Positions 41,098-51,761 are shown, counted from the first letter of the whole stretch. The stretch: 61,279 bases of DNA, filler included, from 3 parts of 3 records of this genome joined end to end with filler, not necessarily neighbours in it; one strand, 5' to 3'. Numbers and translations: made by a program. The notes: generated by a model from the sequence alone, not told the origin.

Positions 41098-41837
41098 CGT
41101 CATTCAACGTTCCGCTCCTTGCCTCGGCCGCCCTCCTCCCGCCACCAACGCTGCGTTTTGATGGCGTCGCCTTCAACCAGCAGGGCAAGGCGCTACTGGG
41201 ACCCTGCTCATTCACCCTGGACGGCACCGGCCCTACCCTGGTGATGGGACCCAACGGGGCGGGCAAGAGTCTTCTGTTACGGCTGGCGCACGGTTTGCTC
41301 TCACCCACTCAGGGACAGGTGGCCTGGTCACGTGGGGGGCGCCCCCGCCAGGCAATGGTGTTCCAGCAACCGGTACTGTTGCGTCGCTCGGCCCTGGCCA
41401 ATCTCGTTCACGCGTTGGCCGTCAACAATGTCCCCCGCAAGACACGTACACAGATCGCCTGCGAAGCGCTTGAGCATTTTGGGCTTACCTCCTGCACAAA
41501 CACGCCCGCGCGCGTGCTATCCGGCGGCGAACAGCAGCGCCTGGCACTGGCTCGCGCCTGGGTTCTTTCTCCTCAGGTGCTGTTTCTGGATGAACCCACC
41601 TCCGCACTCGACCCGGCGGCTATTAAAGGCGTGGAGGCGGCGGTACGCAAGTTTCATCAGCGGGGAACGCGCATCGTAATGACCACTCACGATCTGCATC
41701 AGGCCAGGCGCCTTGCCGGAGATGTATTGTTTCTTTCTGGTGGAAAGGTGTGCGAACACACCCCCGCCGACGTCTTTTTCAACAGGCCCGTCTCGCGGGA
41801 GGCACAAGCGTTTATTGCCGGAGAACTGGTGGGATAG
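41094..41837 (+). CDS. tupC: tungstate ABC transporter ATPase
   Basis: GPNGAGKS, LSGGEQQR, FLDEPT; lies between tupB and tupA. Confidence 0.88.
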   Translation: MTSFNVPLLASAALLPPPTLRFDGVAFNQQGKALLGPCSFTLDGTGPTLVMGPNGAGKSLLLRLAHGLLSPTQGQVAWSRGGRPRQAMVFQQPVLLRRSALANLVHALAVNNVPRKTRTQIACEALEHFGLTSCTNTPARVLSGGEQQRLALARAWVLSPQVLFLDEPTSALDPAAIKGVEAAVRKFHQRGTRIVMTTHDLHQARRLAGDVLFLSGGKVCEHTPADVFFNRPVSREAQAFIAGELVG

Positions 41838-41903
41838 TTTTACTCTGACGGTTTACCGGCTGGCTACTCAATGGAAGTTCCACACGCGAAAGGAGAAAAC
41901 AAG

Positions 41904-42702
41904 ATGAACAAAGGCTTAACCCTTGTACTCGCAGGTGTAACCAGCATGGGCCTGGCGTTCAGCGCTCTCGCTGATGACTACATCACTCTGGCCTCAACGA
42001 CGTCCACCCAGAACTCGGGGCTGTTCAACGCCATTTTACCGCAGTTCGAAGACCATACCGGCATCGACGTACGGGTGGTGGCAGTGGGCACCGGACAGGC
42101 CTTTGAAATCGCCCGTCGCGGCGACGCCGACAGCCTTCTGGTACACGACACCGCCGGAGAAAAGCGCTTTGTCGAGAGCGGCTTCGCCAGTGAGCGGGCC
42201 GATGTCATGTACAACGATTTCGTGTTGATTGGCCCCGCAGACGATCCGGCGAATATTGGTGAGGCGCAAAGTGCCGCTGAAGCCTTCGCGGCGATTGCCA
42301 ATGCCAAGGCACCCTTCACCTCACGCGGCGATGACAGCGGCACCAATCGCGCCGAGTTACGCCTCTGGGAGAACGCCGGCGTGGACCCCGACGGCGACTG
42401 GTACCGCGAACTCGGCAGTGGCATGGGGCCAACCCTCAACACCGCCGCAGCCATGGACGCGTACGTGATGTCGGACCGCGCCACCTGGGTGGCGTTTGGC
42501 AACCACCAGAACCTGAGGCTGCTTTTTGCCGGCGACGAAGTACTGTTCAACCAGTACGGTAGCCTGCTGATCTCCGAAGAGAAGCATCCGCATCTCAAGC
42601 ACGATCTCGCTGAACAGTGGCACAACTGGCTGATTTCCGAGGATGGCCAGCAAGCGATTGCAGACTTCAAGGTGGACGGACAACAGCTGTTTTTCCCGAA
42701 TG
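41904..42702 (+). CDS. tupA: tungstate-binding periplasmic protein, truncated just before its stop
   Basis: ASTTSTQNSGL, VGTGQA, MYNDFVLIGP, SRGDDSGT, SDRATW, LFFPN. Confidence 0.92.
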
Positions 42703-42802
42703 NNNNNNNNNNNNNNNNNNNNNNNNNNNNNNNNNNNNNNNNNNNNTTAATTAATTAANNNNNNNNNNNNNNNNNNNNNNNNNNNNNNNNNNNNNNNNNN
42801 NN
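42703..42802. other. artificial contig linker
   Basis: 44 N + TTAATTAATTAA + 44 N. Confidence 0.98.
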
Positions 42803-42831
42803 GCATTACGAACGAAGACGTTCGTAACGAG
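42803..42831. repeat. REP-like palindrome at contig end
   Basis: GCA-TTACGAACG-AAGA-CGTTCGTAA-CGAG: perfect 9-bp stem. Confidence 0.5.
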
Positions 42832-42875
42832 AATAACGGAGGATAATGGATTAGGTAAAATCTAAAGTCAGAACC

Positions 42876-43718
42876 TCAATCCAGAATAACCGTTCTATTT
42901 CCGTAAATAAATACTTTATCATCGAGAACTAGATTAAGGGCTTCAGATAGTACTCTACTTTCAATTTCTTTGCCCATTAAAGCCATTCTTTCGGCATTAT
43001 GAGAATGATTTATACGTCCTGTTGATTGCGTAATAATTGGACCTTCATCCAAATTTTCGTTTACAAAATGAGCGGTGGCACCAATAATTTTCACACCACG
43101 TTTATAAGCTTGGTGATATGGTTTCGCTCCCACAAAAGCAGGTAAAAAGGAATGATGAATATTAATAATACGATTGCGCATGGGAGCAATAAAGCTCGGA
43201 TTCAAAATGCGCATGTATTTAGCAAGTACTAAATAATCAGGCGAATATTCTTCAATTTGTGCAGTAACTAGTTCTTCATGTTCTTCTCGCGAATGACCTT
43301 CATGTGAGATGAAATGAAAAGGAACTCCGAACTTCTGAACCAAAGGTTCCAAAACTTGATGATTGCTAATCACACCCAAAATATTGGCGTTGATTTCTCC
43401 AAACTCGTGCCGGATGAGTAAATCGCCCAACACGTGATGCTCTTTGGTTGCTAAAATAACTACGTTTTTCTTTTTGTCTGATGTGATTCGCACATTGGCA
43501 TTCTCAGGAAGAAGAATATCTAAATCCTTCAGCATGTCTTCCTCGTTTAGGTCGCCATCAACGATGGTACGCATAAAGAAATGATTGGTCTCGTGATCTA
43601 CAAATTCACGGTTCAAAATAATATTGAGACCATAACGATAAACGAGGTCTGTGATCTTATACACTAAACCTTTCGCATCTTCGCAATCGATAAAAAGTGT
43701 GTGTTGCTTGGTAGACAT
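42876..43718 (-). CDS. purU: formyltetrahydrofolate deformylase
   Basis: ACT domain DCEDAKGLV; LAKYMRIL, INIHHSFLPAFVGAKPYHQA, GATAHFV..LDEGPII. Confidence 0.96.
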   Translation of the reverse strand: MSTKQHTLFIDCEDAKGLVYKITDLVYRYGLNIILNREFVDHETNHFFMRTIVDGDLNEEDMLKDLDILLPENANVRITSDKKKNVVILATKEHHVLGDLLIRHEFGEINANILGVISNHQVLEPLVQKFGVPFHFISHEGHSREEHEELVTAQIEEYSPDYLVLAKYMRILNPSFIAPMRNRIINIHHSFLPAFVGAKPYHQAYKRGVKIIGATAHFVNENLDEGPIITQSTGRINHSHNAERMALMGKEIESRVLSEALNLVLDDKVFIYGNRTVILD

Positions 43719-43719
43719 T

Positions 43720-44868
43720 TTAGCAGCTTAAAAGTGTATGCGTTAATTTTTCCATATCGTTTTTATCGTTATAAACATTGGGCGAAACTCGAATAGCATC
43801 GCCACGATAGGAAACAAAGATGTTATTTTTTGTGAGTGCCGATTTAATTTCATCCATTTTATGATGAGCACCTAGTCGGATTCCAAATAAATTAGCGGCT
43901 CTAAACTCTGCATCATCAATGATGAAGCCAGCTTCAGTGAGTTTTTTCACAGATTCTTCGGTAATTGATTTACAGTAATTCTGAATGTGTTCTGGTTTCC
44001 ATTCATTCAAAGCACGGAGGGCAGCTAACATCATAGGCACTAGAATGAAATTGCTTTGTTCGCCAACGCCATAACGCAATGCTTTGGGCTGATAATCATC
44101 ACTGTAATTCACAAGATTTGCGAAGTCATCGCTTTTATTCCTGTTAATCCAATTTTGTTCAATGGGCGAGCCGTCATCAAAAGCAGCACCATAATAAGCC
44201 AAACCAATACTGTAAGGTCCCATTAAGGATTTGTAGCCAGCGGCAATCAAAGCATCTGGTTGAATCACTTCAACATCAAAAGGTAAAGCACCTACCGACT
44301 GAGTGCCATCAATCACAAGCAAAGCACCAATTTCAGTGGTTCGCTTTCTAATATCTACAAGATTAAAGAGGGTTCCATCAGCCCAATGGATGTTTGCCAT
44401 AGCAACTAACTTTGTTCGGCTATTAATTGCGTTTAGGATATCCTCGTTCCAACGTTTGCCTCTATCTTGCATACCATCTGGTGCAGAAATAGTGATAATT
44501 TCCGCATTGCTGTTTGAAGCCACTTCTCGCCAAGGGTACACATTACTCGGAAATTGCTCACCAACAACTACAATATTGTCGCCAGATTCTAAGACAAGAT
44601 TCTTCGCCACATTTGCTAACCCATAAGAGACAGAAGGAATAATAGCTATCCGATCAGAATCGGCGGTGTTTATAAGTTTCGCAAATTCCTGACGGAGCGC
44701 TTTTGTTTCGCTAAAGAAATCATCGCCAGTAACTAAGTTCGGCTTTTGTTTCCGTAATACGCCTGCAATACCGGCTTCTTCAACTTGCTTCATCAACGGC
44801 GACATAAACGCGCAATTTAAGTAGGTGATGTTTTCATCAAGGCTGAAAAGATGTTTCTGGCTCTGCAT
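43720..44868 (-). CDS. class V PLP aminotransferase (cysteine desulfurase-like)
   Basis: YLNCAFMSP, QFPSNVYPW, DGTQSVGA, GYKSLMGPY, IRVSPNVYN. Confidence 0.9.
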   Translation of the reverse strand: MQSQKHLFSLDENITYLNCAFMSPLMKQVEEAGIAGVLRKQKPNLVTGDDFFSETKALRQEFAKLINTADSDRIAIIPSVSYGLANVAKNLVLESGDNIVVVGEQFPSNVYPWREVASNSNAEIITISAPDGMQDRGKRWNEDILNAINSRTKLVAMANIHWADGTLFNLVDIRKRTTEIGALLVIDGTQSVGALPFDVEVIQPDALIAAGYKSLMGPYSIGLAYYGAAFDDGSPIEQNWINRNKSDDFANLVNYSDDYQPKALRYGVGEQSNFILVPMMLAALRALNEWKPEHIQNYCKSITEESVKKLTEAGFIIDDAEFRAANLFGIRLGAHHKMDEIKSALTKNNIFVSYRGDAIRVSPNVYNDKNDMEKLTHTLLSC

Positions 44869-44940
44869 AAGTATGGCTCTCAGTTTTTATATGGAAATAA
44901 TTTCATAGTTAAGAGTAATAATCACGAATAAGAAAGCAAA

Positions 44941-46206
44941 TTAGGTAAGAAAGCGAAATAGACGAGGTTGGTCGTTCACATATTCAAAATTTAAATTACG
45001 TTCTTTCATTCTATCAAAAAGAGCGTTTAAATCTTCTTTCTTCTTAAGCTCAATGCTGATTAAGGCAGGCCCTAGTTCTCTATTCGTTTTCTTAGAGTAT
45101 TCGAAATAGGTAATATCATCGTCTGGGCCTAAAACGTCATTCAAAAATTCCCGTAAAGCACCTGCGCGTTGAGGGAAATCGATAATGAAATAATGTTTAA
45201 GTCCTTCGTAGAGCTGCGAACGCTCTTTAATTTCAGCCGTTCTTGTAATATCGTTGTTACTTCCGCTAACAATACAAACTACGTTCTTTCCTTTAATCTG
45301 ACTTCGGAGACTATCTAGCGAAGCAATGGTAAGTGCACCGGCAGGTTCTACAACAACAGCTTGTTCGTTATACATCCTAAGAATGGTTCCGCAGATTTTG
45401 CCCTCATCAACAGTAATAACTTCTTGAAGTACTTCTTTACAAATCTCGAAGGTGATGTCGCCCACTCGTTGAACAGCGGCTCCATCTACAAATTTATCTA
45501 TTTTCTCTAAGGTAACAACTTCGTTTTTCTCTAAAGAACGTTGCATGGCTGGTGCGCCAGTAGGTTCTACACCAATTATTTTTGTTGAAGGAGACTTCGC
45601 TTTGAAATAAGATCCAACCCCAGCAGAAAGTCCACCGCCGCCAACAGGAACGAGTAAATAATCGATGGATTCAGGAGCATCTTCAAAAATTTCTTTACCA
45701 ACAGTAGCTTGTCCTGCAATTACTTTACGATCGTCAAAAGGAGGGATGAAAGCCGCATTCTTTTGATCACAAAACTCTTTCGCCATTTTGAAAGAATCGT
45801 CGAAAGTATCGCCCTCTAAAACAACCTGTACAAATTCCTTCCCAAACATCTTCACTTGCTTAACTTTCTGTTCGGGCGTAGTAACAGGCATAAAGATAGT
45901 ACCTGTTATTTTTTTCAAGAAACAGGCTAGAGCAACACCTTGGGCATGATTTCCTGCACTCGCGCAAACAATTCCGTTTTTGAGTTCGTTATCCGTTAAG
46001 CTTTGAATTTTATTATAAGCACCACGGATTTTGTACGAACGAACAACTTGTAAATCTTCTCTTTTAAGCCATATGTTTGCACCAAATTCCTCAGAAAGTT
46101 GAGGATTAAAGAGTAATGGGGTACGAGTTACAACGTTTTGCAGTGTTTCTGTAGCGGAATCAATCTCTTTGATGGAGACCAGAGGAGATACTAAAGGTTC
46201 AGGCAT
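44941..46206 (-). CDS. ilvA: threonine dehydratase (short biosynthetic form)
   Basis: KREDLQVVRSYKIRGA, CASAGNHAQG, GGGGL, EPAGAL, FPQRAGALREF; start MPEPL preferred. Confidence 0.95.
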   Translation of the reverse strand: MPEPLVSPLVSIKEIDSATETLQNVVTRTPLLFNPQLSEEFGANIWLKREDLQVVRSYKIRGAYNKIQSLTDNELKNGIVCASAGNHAQGVALACFLKKITGTIFMPVTTPEQKVKQVKMFGKEFVQVVLEGDTFDDSFKMAKEFCDQKNAAFIPPFDDRKVIAGQATVGKEIFEDAPESIDYLLVPVGGGGLSAGVGSYFKAKSPSTKIIGVEPTGAPAMQRSLEKNEVVTLEKIDKFVDGAAVQRVGDITFEICKEVLQEVITVDEGKICGTILRMYNEQAVVVEPAGALTIASLDSLRSQIKGKNVVCIVSGSNNDITRTAEIKERSQLYEGLKHYFIIDFPQRAGALREFLNDVLGPDDDITYFEYSKKTNRELGPALISIELKKKEDLNALFDRMKERNLNFEYVNDQPRLFRFLT

Positions 46207-46382
46207 TGTACAGTTGGGAACAAGGAATAGGTTATTATTTCGATGAAAAGTGAGTACTTGAATATAAGTGAAAGAGAGGAGGAATGATGGAAAAATAGTA
46301 CTCATAAAGTAATTATGGTTTCTTTTTTTTCAAGTAATTGATTAGTATCTCAATAGAGAAGAAATTAGTACGCCATTATTGT

Positions 46383-46886
46383 ATGAGAATTAGACTTATT
46401 AGAAAAAATGATTTGGCTTCCGTTAGCGTATTGAATGAGAAAGCTATACCTCATGTAAACAGTCTAACTTTAGACGAGTTAGAGTGGTTTATGAAACATA
46501 GCCAACTCTTTGTAGTGGCTGAAGAAGGCGATGTAATTATTGGCTTTATGATTGTTCTTGGGCCAGGAATTACTTACGAAAGTCTCAACTACCAATACTT
46601 TGTAGCCCACTATAAGAACTTTGATTATGTAGACCGTATTGTTGTTGCCGATTCACATAAAGGCAAAGGAATTGGAACAACTTTATATAGCTACCTTACC
46701 GATAACAGCACATCAAAATTTATTACTTGTGAAGTGAATTTAATCCCACCTAATCCATTATCCATCAAATTTCATGAGAATAAAGGTTTTAAAGAAGTGG
46801 CAAGACAAAAATCTGAAGGCGGTAAAAAAATGGTTTCTTTACGAGTAAAAGATTTGAGTGAGGCAAAATCACCGTTTGCTCGTTAA
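46383..46886 (+). CDS. GNAT family acetyltransferase
   Basis: YVDRIVV...KGKGIGTTLY, CEVNLIPPN..SIKFH..GF. Confidence 0.88.
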   Translation: MRIRLIRKNDLASVSVLNEKAIPHVNSLTLDELEWFMKHSQLFVVAEEGDVIIGFMIVLGPGITYESLNYQYFVAHYKNFDYVDRIVVADSHKGKGIGTTLYSYLTDNSTSKFITCEVNLIPPNPLSIKFHENKGFKEVARQKSEGGKKMVSLRVKDLSEAKSPFAR

Positions 46887-46893
46887 GGTTTAA

Positions 46894-47442
46894 ATGAACT
46901 CATTGAAGAAAAGCATTTCACAAACCATAATTACGAGCGTTGTTTTTGCACTAATTATAGCGGCATTTGCCCAGCTTGTAATCCCTTTGCCATTGGTGCC
47001 TATTACAGGACAAACACTGGCCATTGGACTTGCTGCAACCATTTTAGGTTCTAAGAATGGAATGTTAACAGTAGTTCTCTATATAATTTTAGGTGCTGTT
47101 GGGCTTCCCGTCTATTCTCAGTTAAATAGTGGATTAGATGCCATTGTTGGAGTAACAGGTGGATTCTTGGTTGGTTTTATTCCCGCGGCTTTTTTGATTG
47201 GTTTGTATTTAGAGAAAACCACCTTCACTGTTCGAAATGCATTTATAGCCAACACTATAGGCATGTTTGTTATTCTAATTATCGGAACTTCTTGGTTGAA
47301 GCTTTCTACTGAACTCACTTGGGAGGCTGCATTTTTAGGAGGCTTTGCACCATTTATTATTGGTGGGCTCATCAAAGCTTTTCTTGCAGCATGGCTTGGG
47401 ATTCTAACTAGAGAAAAGCTACAAAAAGCGAAATTGAGTTAA
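46894..47442 (+). CDS. bioY: biotin transporter S component
   Basis: VPITGQTLA, GAVGLPVY, TGGFLVGF, PFIIGGLIK. Confidence 0.93.
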   Translation: MNSLKKSISQTIITSVVFALIIAAFAQLVIPLPLVPITGQTLAIGLAATILGSKNGMLTVVLYIILGAVGLPVYSQLNSGLDAIVGVTGGFLVGFIPAAFLIGLYLEKTTFTVRNAFIANTIGMFVILIIGTSWLKLSTELTWEAAFLGGFAPFIIGGLIKAFLAAWLGILTREKLQKAKLS

Positions 47443-47780
47443 TAAACTTTGTCTGGGTTTAGTTGAAGTTCTTCGCGAATCATCTCTTCCAGAAGCTTTA
47501 GTTCCTTTTTGTAGTCGGGTGTTCCCTCGTCTTGATGCTTAATTTCAGATAATACTTCAAACTCAAAACCTTCTGATTTCAGAGTAGTCCAATCGTTTTG
47601 TAGCGCTTTATTTGGATGCATACCCATATTCAATTGCAGCTGATGGCGATTCCACTTCGCATTTACATCGATACTGTGATCAATAAAAACTCTGCCATTT
47701 TCCGTATTTCGTATTTGAAAAACGCCCATTTGGGTTTTCCGTTGCTTGTATTCTTCTTTGAATTCTTTTCTTGTTTTCAT
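47439..47780 (-). CDS. GIY-YIG nuclease-like protein
   Basis: MGVFQIRNTENGRVFI, WNRH..QL, HPNKALQNDW, FEFEVL. Confidence 0.8.
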   Translation of the reverse strand: MKTRKEFKEEYKQRKTQMGVFQIRNTENGRVFIDHSIDVNAKWNRHQLQLNMGMHPNKALQNDWTTLKSEGFEFEVLSEIKHQDEGTPDYKKELKLLEEMIREELQLNPDKVY

Positions 47781-47790
47781 CTTTTTGAAC

Positions 47791-48261
47791 CTATTCGCTT
47801 TCCGAGCCTCTGTATTTCTTTTGCATTCCATTCAGGAAGTATCGCAAATATTGGTCGTTACAAACTCGGTATTTACTCTGCGTTGGTTTTCTGAAAAAAG
47901 AACTTAATTCATGTGGACTGACCCGACGATCCACAAGTTCGAACATTTCCAACATATCTTCAGTTTGTAGCTCTAAAGCTATTTTAAGTTTTCTGAGGAT
48001 TAGATTGTTTGTCAATCGATCTTCAGGTATGGGTGTAACTCCATCTTTCTTTCCACGATGTTTAACAATCAATCCATTAAGAAAAATGGCAAGCATCTTA
48101 TCAGCCATATCAACAAATGTAGGGTCGTCTTCTTTTTTAAGCCAAGCTTTAATTTCAGTATTCTCTACTTTTTGGCCTGCCAAAGCAAACAGTTCAATCA
48201 TTGTTGAATTGTTGAGGTCTAGTGCGTAGCGAACCCGACGAAAAATGCCATTGTTATCCAT
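47791..48261 (-). CDS. DUF1456 (YehS) family protein
   Basis: NNGIFRRVRYAL, FLNGLI, NNLILRKLKIAL, ELSSFFRK, CNDQYLRYFLNG. Confidence 0.9.
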   Translation of the reverse strand: MDNNGIFRRVRYALDLNNSTMIELFALAGQKVENTEIKAWLKKEDDPTFVDMADKMLAIFLNGLIVKHRGKKDGVTPIPEDRLTNNLILRKLKIALELQTEDMLEMFELVDRRVSPHELSSFFRKPTQSKYRVCNDQYLRYFLNGMQKKYRGSESE

Positions 48262-48311
48262 AAGAAATGTGAGTTGGGAGTAATATTTTTTGGATTAGTA
48301 AGAAGGTAGGC

Positions 48312-48342
48312 AAAAAAAAGACCTCATAGCGAGGTCTTTTTT
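48312..48342. terminator. bidirectional intrinsic terminator of the ilv operon
   Basis: A8-GACCTC-ATAGC-GAGGTC-T6. Confidence 0.85.
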
Positions 48343-48384
48343 AGAAGATAAGAACGATTCAATAAATATTGAATGCGTTTGAAC

Positions 48385-49431
48385 TTAGTTATTTTCAGGT
48401 CTAAGCTTGCGTACGGTAGCGCCTGCTTGCCACATTTCAGAATCACGAAGTTCTTTCAATTCAACTTCAAGTTTAGCACGGTAATCTTCCTCGCTGTTGG
48501 AGTCGATTGATCGTTGTGCTTCGTTGCCTTTAGCTACTTCGCTGTAAAGATCTTCGAATACTGGTTTAGAAGCATCACGGAATTTCTTCCACCAATCTAG
48601 AGCACCACGTTGAGCTGTAGTAGAACAGTTAGCGTACATCCAGTCCATTCCATTTTCAGCAACAAGAGGCATTAGTGATTGAGTAAGCTCTTCAACAGTT
48701 TCGTTGAATGCTTCAGAAGGAGTGTGTCCGTTTGCACGAAGAACTTCGTACTGTGCAGCAAAAATACCTTGGATAGCGCCCATTAAGGTTCCGCGTTCTC
48801 CAGTTAAATCGCTAAATACTTCACGTTTGAAATCTGTTTTAAAGAGGTAACCAGAACCAACGCCGATACCTAGAGCAACAACTCTGTCGTAAGCTTTTCC
48901 GGTAGCATCTTGGAAGATCGCGAAACTAGAGTTTAGTCCACGGCCTTCAAGAAACATTCTGCGAAGTGAAGTTCCAGAACCTTTAGGTGCAACGAGGATT
49001 ACGTCTACATCAGCTGGAGGAACGATACTTGTACGTTCTTTATAAGTTATTCCGAAGCCATGAGAGAAGTAAAGAGCTTTGCCTGGAGTTAAGTATTTCT
49101 TAACCGTAGGCCATAAAGTAATTTGCCCTGCATCAGAAAGTAGATACTGAACGATGGTGCCTTTATCGCAAGCTTCTTCAATTTCGAAAAGAGTTTCGCC
49201 AGGAACCCAACCGTCAGCAACTGCTTTATCCCAAGTTTTGGAATTTTTGCGCTGTCCAACAATTACATTAAAGCCATTGTCTTTCAAGTTAAGAGCCTGT
49301 CCAGGACCTTGAACGCCATAACCAATTACGGCAATAACTTCGTCCTTTAAGGTTTCTTGAGCTTTTTTAAGGGGAAATTCTTCCCGGGTTACTACTTCTT
49401 CTTCAGTTCCGCCAAAGTTTAAAAGTGCCAT
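48385..49431 (-). CDS. ilvC: ketol-acid reductoisomerase
   Basis: IGYGVQGPGQALNL, FSHGF, VAPKGSG, SDLTGERGTLMG, CSTTAQRG. Confidence 0.96.
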   Translation of the reverse strand: MALLNFGGTEEEVVTREEFPLKKAQETLKDEVIAVIGYGVQGPGQALNLKDNGFNVIVGQRKNSKTWDKAVADGWVPGETLFEIEEACDKGTIVQYLLSDAGQITLWPTVKKYLTPGKALYFSHGFGITYKERTSIVPPADVDVILVAPKGSGTSLRRMFLEGRGLNSSFAIFQDATGKAYDRVVALGIGVGSGYLFKTDFKREVFSDLTGERGTLMGAIQGIFAAQYEVLRANGHTPSEAFNETVEELTQSLMPLVAENGMDWMYANCSTTAQRGALDWWKKFRDASKPVFEDLYSEVAKGNEAQRSIDSNSEEDYRAKLEVELKELRDSEMWQAGATVRKLRPENN

Positions 49432-49462
49432 TCTTTGAGTGTTATTTATGATTAGTGAGTTT

Positions 49463-49993
49463 CTATTTTTTAAAATTTGCTACGAGCTCGTCGATGCCAT
49501 GTGCTTCTTTAGAGACAGCAATTCGGCCAGAACGAACGAACTCTTTTATACCGTAAGGTTGGAGTTCATCAAACAAGCTTTTTGTTTCTCTTTTATAGCC
49601 TGTTTTCTCGATGATGGTAAACTCTCGTTCTACGTTTAATATTCTTGCATTGTGGTCGCGTACAATTTGCTCAACTTGGCCACCTTGTGTTAACGATTCA
49701 GTTGGAATCTTGTAAAGAGCCATTTCTTGTTGTACTACTTCTTCTTTCTTGTAGTACGAGGCTTTTAGCACTTCCACGTTTTTTTCAATCTGTTTTGCCA
49801 CTTTACGCACGGCTTCCTCGGTTTCAAAAACAGCTATAGTAAATCTATGGATGCCTTCAAACTCGCTTTCCGATGCAGTAAAGCTTTCGATATTAATTTT
49901 TCTTTTGGTGAAAATGATGATGATTCGATGTAATAAACCAACATTATTTTCACTATAAGCTGTAATGGTGAATTCTTGTTTCATTTCTATCAC
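49463..49993 (-). CDS. ilvN: acetolactate synthase small subunit
   Basis: SENNVGLLHRI...RKINIES; EFVRSGRIAV. Confidence 0.93.
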   Translation of the reverse strand: MIEMKQEFTITAYSENNVGLLHRIIIIFTKRKINIESFTASESEFEGIHRFTIAVFETEEAVRKVAKQIEKNVEVLKASYYKKEEVVQQEMALYKIPTESLTQGGQVEQIVRDHNARILNVEREFTIIEKTGYKRETKSLFDELQPYGIKEFVRSGRIAVSKEAHGIDELVANFKK

Positions 49994-51729
49994 TCCAATC
50001 TAATTTCTGAAACCCCAGATCCACTCGGAACCATTGGGAATACATTATTTTCTTTACCAACCATTACTTCTAGGAAGTACGCACCATCGTAACTTAAAAA
50101 CTCTTCAACCGCCTCATTTAAGTATTCGCGTTGGGTTACTTTTTTGGTTGGGATTCTAAAGCCTTCTACTACTTTTTGGAAATCAGGATTTTCCATCACT
50201 GTAGAGGAATAGCGTTTGTCGTAAAAGAGTTGTTGCCACTGGCGTACCATTCCTAAAAACTCGTTGTTTAACAAGAGTACTTTTACTTTTGCTCGAGTTT
50301 GGTAGATGGTAGCTAATTCCTGAATAGTCATCTGGAAACCGCCATCGCCTACAACTGCAATTACTAGTCGTTCGGGAGCGCCTAATTGAGCACCTAAAGC
50401 TGCTGGTAAACCAAAACCCATTGTTCCTAATCCACCAGAAGTGATGTTACTTTTAGATTTCGAGAACTTAGCGTAACGGCAAGCAACCATCTGGTGTTGG
50501 CCTACATCAGTTACAATAACGGCATCGCCCTTAGTTTTTTCATTGATGATGTTAATCACTTCGCCCATACTTAACACTTCTGTTTGTGGGTGAAGTTCTT
50601 CATTAATGACTTTCTGATGCTCTAGCTCTGTGCAATCATGAAAACGTTGTAACCAATCTGGATAAGTGTTTGGCTCAATATGTTCGATGAGTTCAGTTAA
50701 GGCCTCTTTTGCATCGCCTAAAACAGCAACTTCGGTTTTAACATTTTTGTCAATTTCTGCGGGATCAATTTCAAAGTGGATGACTTTGGCTTGCTTTGCG
50801 TACTTATCGAGATTGCCAGTAACTCTATCATCAAAACGCATCCCGATGGCAATGAGCACATCACATTCGTTAGTTAGCAAATTAGGACCATAGTTACCGT
50901 GCATACCCAACATTCCAACATTAAGTGGATGATCAGTTTCGAGTGCAGAAAGTCCCATGATAGTCCAAGCTGAAGGAATACCAGCTTTCTCGATAAATGC
51001 TTTAAACTCGGCTTCCGCATTGGATAGAATTACGCCTTGCCCAAAAAGAATAAATGGACGTTTTGCTGAGTTAATTAATTCCGCGGCTTCTTTTACCTTA
51101 GAAGTATCAAGCGTTGGCTTCGGAACGTAAGTTCTGATGTGATTGCATTTCTCGTAAGCAAAATCAAACTCTGCAATTTGAGCATCTTTGGTGATATCAA
51201 CCAAAACAGGACCAGGTCTGCCAGATTTTGCGATGAAGAATGCCTTTGCTAATGCTTCTGGAATTTCCTCAGGTCGTGTAACTTGATAATTCCACTTTGT
51301 TACAGGCATAGAGATGCCAATCACATCAGTTTCTTGGAAAGCATCACTTCCTAAAAGTGAAGAATGAACTTGACCTGTAATGCAAACTAGAGGAGTAGAA
51401 TCGATTTGAGCATCGGCAATCCCAGTAATTAGATTTGTAGCTCCAGGACCAGAAGTGGCTAAGCAAACACCAGGTTTCCCAGAAGTTCGTGCATAACCTT
51501 GAGCTGCGTGAATAGCACCTTGTTCGTGCCTTGCTAATACATGGTGCAAGTCTTCTTGGAAGTCGTATAGAGCATCATAGATGGGCATTATAGCACCACC
51601 AGGATAACCGAAAGCGACATTAATTCCTTCTGCAAGCAGAATACGGACCACTGCTTCAGCGCCAGTGATACGTTCTGTCTTTTTCTCAGCGGTCGTCGCT
51701 TTGTTCTTTGCTAAAGTTAATGTTTCCAT
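49990..51729 (-). CDS. ilvB: acetolactate synthase large subunit
   Basis: FGYPGGAI, RHEQGA, TSGPGATN, GMRFDDRVTG, GDGGFQM, LGMVRQWQ. Confidence 0.96.
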   Translation of the reverse strand: METLTLAKNKATTAEKKTERITGAEAVVRILLAEGINVAFGYPGGAIMPIYDALYDFQEDLHHVLARHEQGAIHAAQGYARTSGKPGVCLATSGPGATNLITGIADAQIDSTPLVCITGQVHSSLLGSDAFQETDVIGISMPVTKWNYQVTRPEEIPEALAKAFFIAKSGRPGPVLVDITKDAQIAEFDFAYEKCNHIRTYVPKPTLDTSKVKEAAELINSAKRPFILFGQGVILSNAEAEFKAFIEKAGIPSAWTIMGLSALETDHPLNVGMLGMHGNYGPNLLTNECDVLIAIGMRFDDRVTGNLDKYAKQAKVIHFEIDPAEIDKNVKTEVAVLGDAKEALTELIEHIEPNTYPDWLQRFHDCTELEHQKVINEELHPQTEVLSMGEVINIINEKTKGDAVIVTDVGQHQMVACRYAKFSKSKSNITSGGLGTMGFGLPAALGAQLGAPERLVIAVVGDGGFQMTIQELATIYQTRAKVKVLLLNNEFLGMVRQWQQLFYDKRYSSTVMENPDFQKVVEGFRIPTKKVTQREYLNEAVEEFLSYDGAYFLEVMVGKENNVFPMVPSGSGVSEIRLE

Positions 51730-51761
51730 GCTAAATTATTGATGAGTGAGTGAGATAATGT

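Noticed and set aside
41978-42670. 230-aa antisense ORF and the many other short antisense/overlapping ORFs in the track
   Set aside because: Shadow frames of well-supported genes on the opposite strand
46207-46305. 33-codon in-frame extension upstream of ilvA as a leader peptide
   Set aside because: No stop codon before ilvA, no clear Ile/Thr run and no terminator hairpin
47439-47780. GIY-YIG protein as a homing endonuclease or defence nuclease
   Set aside because: Short stand-alone family member with no intron, intein or defence context
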